Source: Candidatus Aenigmatarchaeota archaeon
GTDB taxonomy: Archaea > Aenigmatarchaeota > Aenigmatarchaeia > QMZP01 > QMZT01
Direction: 5' to 3'
Assembly (NCBI GenBank): GCA_963726265.1
Contig: CAVSBQ010000002.1
Span: forward strand, 512,001 to 576,000
DNA length: 64,000 nucleotides
Part shown: in pieces, positions 58,880 through 64,000 of the stretch
Numbering within the stretch: position 1 is the first letter of the stretch
How the letters are laid out: each line of letters starts with the position of its first letter
Notes under the pieces: model-generated
The model's database searches: none
The model's input: the letters and a program-made list of their open reading frames with translations, nothing else
What the model was told of the DNA's origin: nothing
Made by a program: the position numbers and the translations under genes

Positions 58880-60096
58880 CAAATCACTCTTGCATAAGGT
58901 ATATGCACTATGAACCTGACACCGGTGTTTTTTTCCTTTTTCTTTATCTCGTTCGCATAATTCCATGCCAGCAGCAATGCGTAGTCGGGCGGGCTTTTAT
59001 GGAACACGTCCTCTGAAACGATGGGTATGTGGGTCCCGGGGCTGTAAAGGCCGATTTTAGTCGGCGTGTTGTCGGAAATGTAATCTATTTCGCTGCTGGT
59101 TATGCCGCAGTAGTTCAAAACCACCGTGCCTTTCGACGAAGCTGCATAGCCCGTTATTCTCTTGTTCTGGGATTTTATCTTTTTTATCAGCTCAACCAGC
59201 ATTTCCCTTGACCTGTTGACGTTATCCGCGAATTTCCGGTACGTTGCAATTTCCTCAAGGCCGCGCTCCTGCTCCTCTTTGATCGCCTTCGTGACGCTCG
59301 CGTCCACCGCGTAGTCGCCTTTGCTGCAGACGTAATATCTCATCGAGCCGCCATGCGTCGTTTGCCTCTGACAATCAAAAATTTCCATGCCATACTGTCT
59401 GAACAAATTACTGAGCGACAGGACCGAAAAATAGAAAACATGCTCGTCATAAATCTGGTCATACGCGTTTTTTTCTATTATGTCTACTATGTATGGGTCC
59501 TCGAACACCAGAACGCCTTTTCTGTCCAGAAGGATTTTTGCCCCCTTAACGACCTCGTGGAAAGCCTCTATGTGGCACATGACGTTCGCCGCGCATATCA
59601 CCTTGGCCTTGCCTCTTTTCTTAAGGATGTTCTTCGCGAACTTCTCGTCGAAGAATTCGCTTACCACGTCCAAGCCTCTTTTTCTCGCGGCATCGGCAAC
59701 GTTGTTCGACGGCTCGACGCCGAGAACCTTGTATTTGCCTCTGTCGAAATTCTTGAGCATTATGCCGTCATTGCAGCCCACCTCGATGATTATGTCATTG
59801 TTTTTCAGGAACCGTTTAGTCAACTCATCCGCAAATCTTTTGAAATGCTCTTCCATCGTCTTAGACACAGAAGAGAAATATGCATAATTGCTGTTGAAAA
59901 GCACTTTTTTGTCAATCGTGCTGATAAGCTGGACCATTTTGCATTTTTCGCAGAAGCCGACCGCCAGCTCGAACTTGAATTCCTTTTTATTGAGGTCATT
60001 CTTGGCGAGGAAGGCGTTGGCTATCGGCATCATGCCCAGGGACAAAAACTGCTCCAGCGACTGGCTGCCGCATGCGCGGCATTCGTATTTTTTCAT
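58879..60096 (-). CDS. NDP-hexose C-methyltransferase (Zn-binding N-terminus)
   Basis: CRAC, LG.MPIANAF, C..C.MVQL, YAYFSS, EVGCNDG, YDQIYDEH, HGGSMR, YAASSKG, LAWN. Confidence 0.9.
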   Translation of the reverse strand: MKKYECRACGSQSLEQFLSLGMMPIANAFLAKNDLNKKEFKFELAVGFCEKCKMVQLISTIDKKVLFNSNYAYFSSVSKTMEEHFKRFADELTKRFLKNNDIIIEVGCNDGIMLKNFDRGKYKVLGVEPSNNVADAARKRGLDVVSEFFDEKFAKNILKKRGKAKVICAANVMCHIEAFHEVVKGAKILLDRKGVLVFEDPYIVDIIEKNAYDQIYDEHVFYFSVLSLSNLFRQYGMEIFDCQRQTTHGGSMRYYVCSKGDYAVDASVTKAIKEEQERGLEEIATYRKFADNVNRSREMLVELIKKIKSQNKRITGYAASSKGTVVLNYCGITSSEIDYISDNTPTKIGLYSPGTHIPIVSEDVFHKSPPDYALLLAWNYANEIKKKEKNTGVRFIVHIPYARVI

Positions 60097-60148
60097 AATA
60101 ACAACCTTGTCTCTTAAAATTTATAAGTATTGCTTATATGTGTTAACT

Positions 60149-61252
60149 ATGCCAATACCCTGTTTCGATTTGTCAAGGCAGTACAATAAAATCAAGAGAG
60201 AAGTGGACTCGGCCGTGGGCAATGTTTTCGCGAGCAGCAACTTCATTCTCGGTAAACAGGTAGAACTTTTTGAGAAAAAGTTCGCGCAATATATTGGAAC
60301 GAAACATGCGGTCGGGGTCGGGAACGGAACCGATGCCCTGACCCTGAGCCTGGTCGCCTGCGGCGTAAAGGGCGGCGACGAGGTGATAGTGCCGTCATTC
60401 ACCGCAAGTCCGACCGTATTGGCTGTATCGGATGCGGGCGCGAACCCGGTTTTCGTTGACATAGACCCCGAGACGTATTGCATGAACCCGTCGCTGATAA
60501 AAAAGCAGATAACTAAAAAGACCAAGGCGATAATACCGGTACATCTTTACGGACATCCTGTTGACATGAAACCGGTCATGGAGATAGCCGACAAGCATGG
60601 TATAAAAATCATTGAGGATGCCTGCCAGGCGCATGGCTCAGAATATCGGGGCAGAAAGACTGGCTCGCTCGGCGATATCGGTTGCTTTAGTTTCTACCCC
60701 ACAAAAAATCTCGGCTGTTTCGGAGATGGCGGAATGGTTGTTACCAGAGACGGCGAGCTAGCAGAAAAAATCAGGATGCTCAGATGCATGGGTCAGAAAG
60801 GTAGGGTCTACCACAGCCTGATAAAAGGCTACAACAGCCGGCTTGATGAGCTGCAGGCCGCGGTTTTGAACGTGAAACTGCCGTATCTTGATGTATGGAA
60901 CGCGGCCAGAAGGAAGCACGCAAAAACCTACGGCAGACTTTTGGGCGGGACCGTGGTTACTCCTGATGAAGGCAAATACGCAAAACACATATATCATTTG
61001 TACGTTATCAGGACGCAGAGAAGGGACTGGCTAAGAGACGTGCTGGCCAGAAATGCCATAACGACCAGCATACATTATCCCATACCCGTCCATTTGCAGA
61101 AAGCTTACCTTGGCTGCTGTAAAGGCAGAGATGGCCTGCCATTCACTGAAAAATTTGCAGGTGAAATAATAACCCTGCCGATGTTTCCTGAAATGGAAAC
61201 CGACGAGATTGAAAAGGTCGCCGAAGTGATAACGAACGCTATGAAGAAATGA
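60149..61252 (+). CDS. DegT/DnrJ/EryC1/StrS family sugar aminotransferase
   Basis: NGTDAL, PVHLYG, EDACQAHG, SFYPTKNLG..GDGG, NSRLDELQAA. Confidence 0.95.
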   Translation: MPIPCFDLSRQYNKIKREVDSAVGNVFASSNFILGKQVELFEKKFAQYIGTKHAVGVGNGTDALTLSLVACGVKGGDEVIVPSFTASPTVLAVSDAGANPVFVDIDPETYCMNPSLIKKQITKKTKAIIPVHLYGHPVDMKPVMEIADKHGIKIIEDACQAHGSEYRGRKTGSLGDIGCFSFYPTKNLGCFGDGGMVVTRDGELAEKIRMLRCMGQKGRVYHSLIKGYNSRLDELQAAVLNVKLPYLDVWNAARRKHAKTYGRLLGGTVVTPDEGKYAKHIYHLYVIRTQRRDWLRDVLARNAITTSIHYPIPVHLQKAYLGCCKGRDGLPFTEKFAGEIITLPMFPEMETDEIEKVAEVITNAMKK

Positions 61253-62348
61253 CTTTTTTATAAACCTCAATAGTCTTGGCCGCTATTCCTCTCCACTCAT
61301 ATTCTCTTGCCGTTTTCTTCCCATTCTCGCCAAGTTTTTTGCGCAGCTCCCTGCTCTCTATCAGCTTTTCTATGTTCTTAGTAAACTGGTCCAGATTGCC
61401 TGCTCCGGCAAGGAGGGCCGAATCTCCGGTTATTTTCTCGATCTCTGCAAAATCATAGGAAACTATCGGCTTTCCGGATGCCATGTATTCGAAAAGTTTT
61501 ACAGGACACCAGTAAAATCCGTATTTTTCCAGGGACCTGAACCTCTCGACACTGAACGGGGCTATCAGTATATCTGACTGGAAAAGAACGGACGGTATGT
61601 CCGCATAAGCCAGCGGCCCGGTAAAAATCATGCCTTCCCTTTTCCTGCTTCTGATTTCATTGAAAAGCGGCCCGCCGCCAGCCAGAAGGAAAATCGTATT
61701 CTTGTATTTTTTACCGATTTTTTCCGAGATTGCGGGTATGTCCTGAACCCCATGCCACTCGCGGAAAGCGCCTACAAAGGTTATTATGATTTTTCCCGGC
61801 GGTATGTTGTATTTCTCTCTTATGTCAAAATTGCCTTTGTTTTTTTCGAAAAAATCTATGTCAACCCCGTTTGGTATTACAAATATCTTTCCATGGTAAA
61901 ATTTTGACAATATTTTTTTCATCGTATCGGTCTGCGTTATGATTGCATCCGCGCGGCCAAACTTTCTTTTAATAATTTTCGAATATATCTTTTTTTTCAG
62001 GCCGGAGTGGATGATTGGAGCGGGGTCATTCACCTCCAGCACGTATTTTCTTTTTCCCACGAAAAGCAGGTCCATCGGGTTGATGTGAAACCTTTCGTGT
62101 ATTATGTCGAACTTGCCAGTCTCTTTCTTCATCTGTCTGTAGCTTTTGACGTTTTTTATTGGGTTCTTCATGCCAGAAGGTGGTAGGGAAACGAACGTGG
62201 CTGGTATGTCTGGCTTTGCATTGCTGCCTCTTATGAAAAGCCTTATCTCCGTCAACCTGGAAAGGGCCTTCACGATGTTGTATGTGTGGACGAAGCCGGC
62301 ATGGTTCGAGCCATATGTTTCGCCAAGAGCAAAATAAGCGATTTTCAT
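61239..62348 (-). CDS. Glycosyltransferase family 4
   Basis: IPNGVD, FVGAFREWHG, PVKLFEYMASGKPIV. Confidence 0.92.
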   Translation of the reverse strand: MKIAYFALGETYGSNHAGFVHTYNIVKALSRLTEIRLFIRGSNAKPDIPATFVSLPPSGMKNPIKNVKSYRQMKKETGKFDIIHERFHINPMDLLFVGKRKYVLEVNDPAPIIHSGLKKKIYSKIIKRKFGRADAIITQTDTMKKILSKFYHGKIFVIPNGVDIDFFEKNKGNFDIREKYNIPPGKIIITFVGAFREWHGVQDIPAISEKIGKKYKNTIFLLAGGGPLFNEIRSRKREGMIFTGPLAYADIPSVLFQSDILIAPFSVERFRSLEKYGFYWCPVKLFEYMASGKPIVSYDFAEIEKITGDSALLAGAGNLDQFTKNIEKLIESRELRKKLGENGKKTAREYEWRGIAAKTIEVYKKVISS

Positions 62349-63052
62349 TGCCGCCACACCTTCCAGGGGGTGTTTCCTCTTTCCCACATGTCGTTCAGCT
62401 CCTTCACTTCCTTGAGCGTGTTCATCGACTTCCAGAATCCCCTGTGCTTGAAGGCGCATATCTGCCTCTTCTTGGCGAGCTCCCTGAAAACGTCATCCTC
62501 CAGCTCCATTCCCTTCTTCATGTAAGAAAATATTTTTTTATTCACGACGAAAAAGCCGCCGTTTATCCAGTGCCTCAGCACGGGCTTCTCCTTGAAATCG
62601 ACTATCTCGCTCTTCTCATTGAGTTTAAGTATGCCATATTGGGACACAGGATTTATGCTCGTCATGGTTGCTATTTTTTTATTTTTCGTGTGAAAATTCA
62701 GTATTTTGTTTATGTCGACATCCGACAAATCGTCGCCGTAAGCAAGAAAGAAATCCTCGCCATCAATGAGCTTTTCAATCCTGCGCAATCTCTCGGCTTT
62801 GCTGCTTTTCAGGCCGGTGTCTACAAACGTTATGTTTCCTAAGCCGCGGCCGTTCTTCCTGAAATATGCCTTTATTTTGTCACCCTTATAGCCAAGGCAG
62901 AGGATAAAATCGTTGTAACCGTAATGGGAATAAATTTTCATGATGTGCCACAATATCGGCTTCCCGCCGACTTCAATCAGCGGCTTTGGTATCTTTTCCG
63001 TATACTCCCTCAGCCTCAGACCTTCTCCGCCGCACAGTATTACTACCTTCAT
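62345..63052 (-). CDS. rfbF: Glucose-1-phosphate cytidylyltransferase-like
   Basis: ILCGGEGLRLRE.T..IPKPLIEVGGKPILWHIMK.YS.YG, YGDDLSD, WINGGFF, GFWKSMNT. Confidence 0.85.
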   Translation of the reverse strand: MKVVILCGGEGLRLREYTEKIPKPLIEVGGKPILWHIMKIYSHYGYNDFILCLGYKGDKIKAYFRKNGRGLGNITFVDTGLKSSKAERLRRIEKLIDGEDFFLAYGDDLSDVDINKILNFHTKNKKIATMTSINPVSQYGILKLNEKSEIVDFKEKPVLRHWINGGFFVVNKKIFSYMKKGMELEDDVFRELAKKRQICAFKHRGFWKSMNTLKEVKELNDMWERGNTPWKVWRQ

Positions 63053-63100
63053 GTCCCTCGCCTTTATATTTATATAAATCGGTGCGAGTTTTAAAACATT

Positions 63101-64000
63101 TCACTTCAGCAACAGTTTTATGAAATGAAAAATCTCCAGAAATCTGCGCATGCCCCACAGAAATGGCGAGCATACGCCTACAAGAACATCGCCGGTTCTC
63201 CGCATCATCGCAGAAAATAATGCCAGGTACATTACCGGCAATGAAAACGAAAACATCAACATCTGTATGAAAACGCCTATCGCTTTGAAGGGGTATATGA
63301 AAAAGCCCTTCGCCATGTTGCTGCACTGCCTCTTGTAATCTTTAAAATGGGTCCCCATGTCGGTGTAATAAACAATATCGCCTGAATCCAGTTTCGGTAT
63401 TTTCAGCTTCTCCAGTTTCATGGCAAAGGCGATATCCTCCCTGTAGTAGGCTTTTTCATCGAAACGGCCGGCCCTGAAAAACTCCTTTGTTCTTATTATA
63501 TACGGGCAGAACGGGCCTGTGTACAAAATTTTATTGGGTCTCCTGCGGAATTTTTTCCTAGTCATCCAGCGATACAAAAAAATCCTTCTCCAGTTTTGTG
63601 GTATGGCGGTTCTCCTGTCTCCGCACACAAAGTCTATGTCCCTATATTTCTGGAACGTTTTCGCTATGCTTTCGAGCGTATCCTCTCCTGCCCAGTCATC
63701 CGAGTCCAGAAAGAACAAAATGTTCCCTTTGGCTGTCTCAGCTCCTCTGTTCCTTGAAAAGGCCACGCCCCTTTTTTTTATGAATTCCTTGCTGGGGTCG
63801 GGATCATAATTGAGCAGTTTTATTTTTTGGGGATGCTTTTTTACAAGACCCTTTGCTATCTCCCCTGTCATGTCGGTCGAGCCGTTGTTGACGACGATTA
63901 TCTCATAATTATTATAAGTGGATTTGAGCACGGAATTTATCGCTTTTGCTATGACATCCTCTTCGTTGTGAGCTGGGATTATAACTGATATGAAATTTTT
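63101..64000 (-). CDS. Glycosyltransferase family 2 (start beyond window)
   Basis: ISVIIPAHNEE at the window edge, VNNGSTD, SRNRG, FLDSD, REDI. Confidence 0.88.
   Translation of the reverse strand, partial: KNFISVIIPAHNEEDVIAKAINSVLKSTYNNYEIIVVNNGSTDMTGEIAKGLVKKHPQKIKLLNYDPDPSKEFIKKRGVAFSRNRGAETAKGNILFFLDSDDWAGEDTLESIAKTFQKYRDIDFVCGDRRTAIPQNWRRIFLYRWMTRKKFRRRPNKILYTGPFCPYIIRTKEFFRAGRFDEKAYYREDIAFAMKLEKLKIPKLDSGDIVYYTDMGTHFKDYKRQCSNMAKGFFIYPFKAIGVFIQMLMFSFSLPVMYLALFSAMMRRTGDVLVGVCSPFLWGMRRFLEIFHFIKLLLK

Noticed and set aside
1..64000. CRISPR arrays, rRNA/tRNA genes, transposases, integrases
   Set aside because: None recognised by eye; intergenic spaces are short. A tRNAscan-SE/Infernal run would be needed to exclude small RNAs.

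Overview
Gene-dense archaeal chromosome segment, most likely a DPANN archaeon (fused PriS-PriL primase, archaeal-type ThrRS, class III signal peptides, TATA boxes ~25 nt before start codons). About 1-9.8 kb: housekeeping genes (rsmA, CPA2 antiporter, DRG GTPase, primase, deacetylase, thrS, adk, ndk), two small Cys-rich ORFs missing from the ORF track, and a HEPN/MNT-like pair inserted at the 3' end of ndk. About 9.9-31 kb: a type IV pilus/Tad-like locus (ATPase, two TadC-like proteins, pilin-like proteins, KaiC-like ATPase) plus two paralogous large Cys-rich surface proteins. About 31-36.6 kb: mixed genes including an archaeosortase-like protein. About 36.6-64 kb: a mosaic surface-glycan biosynthesis cluster with an AT-rich core. 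The most striking observation is a 21-codon ORF (5561-5626, MNSGKTKNADTTTTTTTTTTC) with ten consecutive Thr codons directly upstream of thrS and followed by mutually exclusive hairpins. It is a candidate ribosome-dependent, threonine-sensing leader-peptide attenuator in an archaeon. thrS and one giant surface gene contain frameshifts that may be assembly errors. All calls come from reading motifs by eye; no searches were run.
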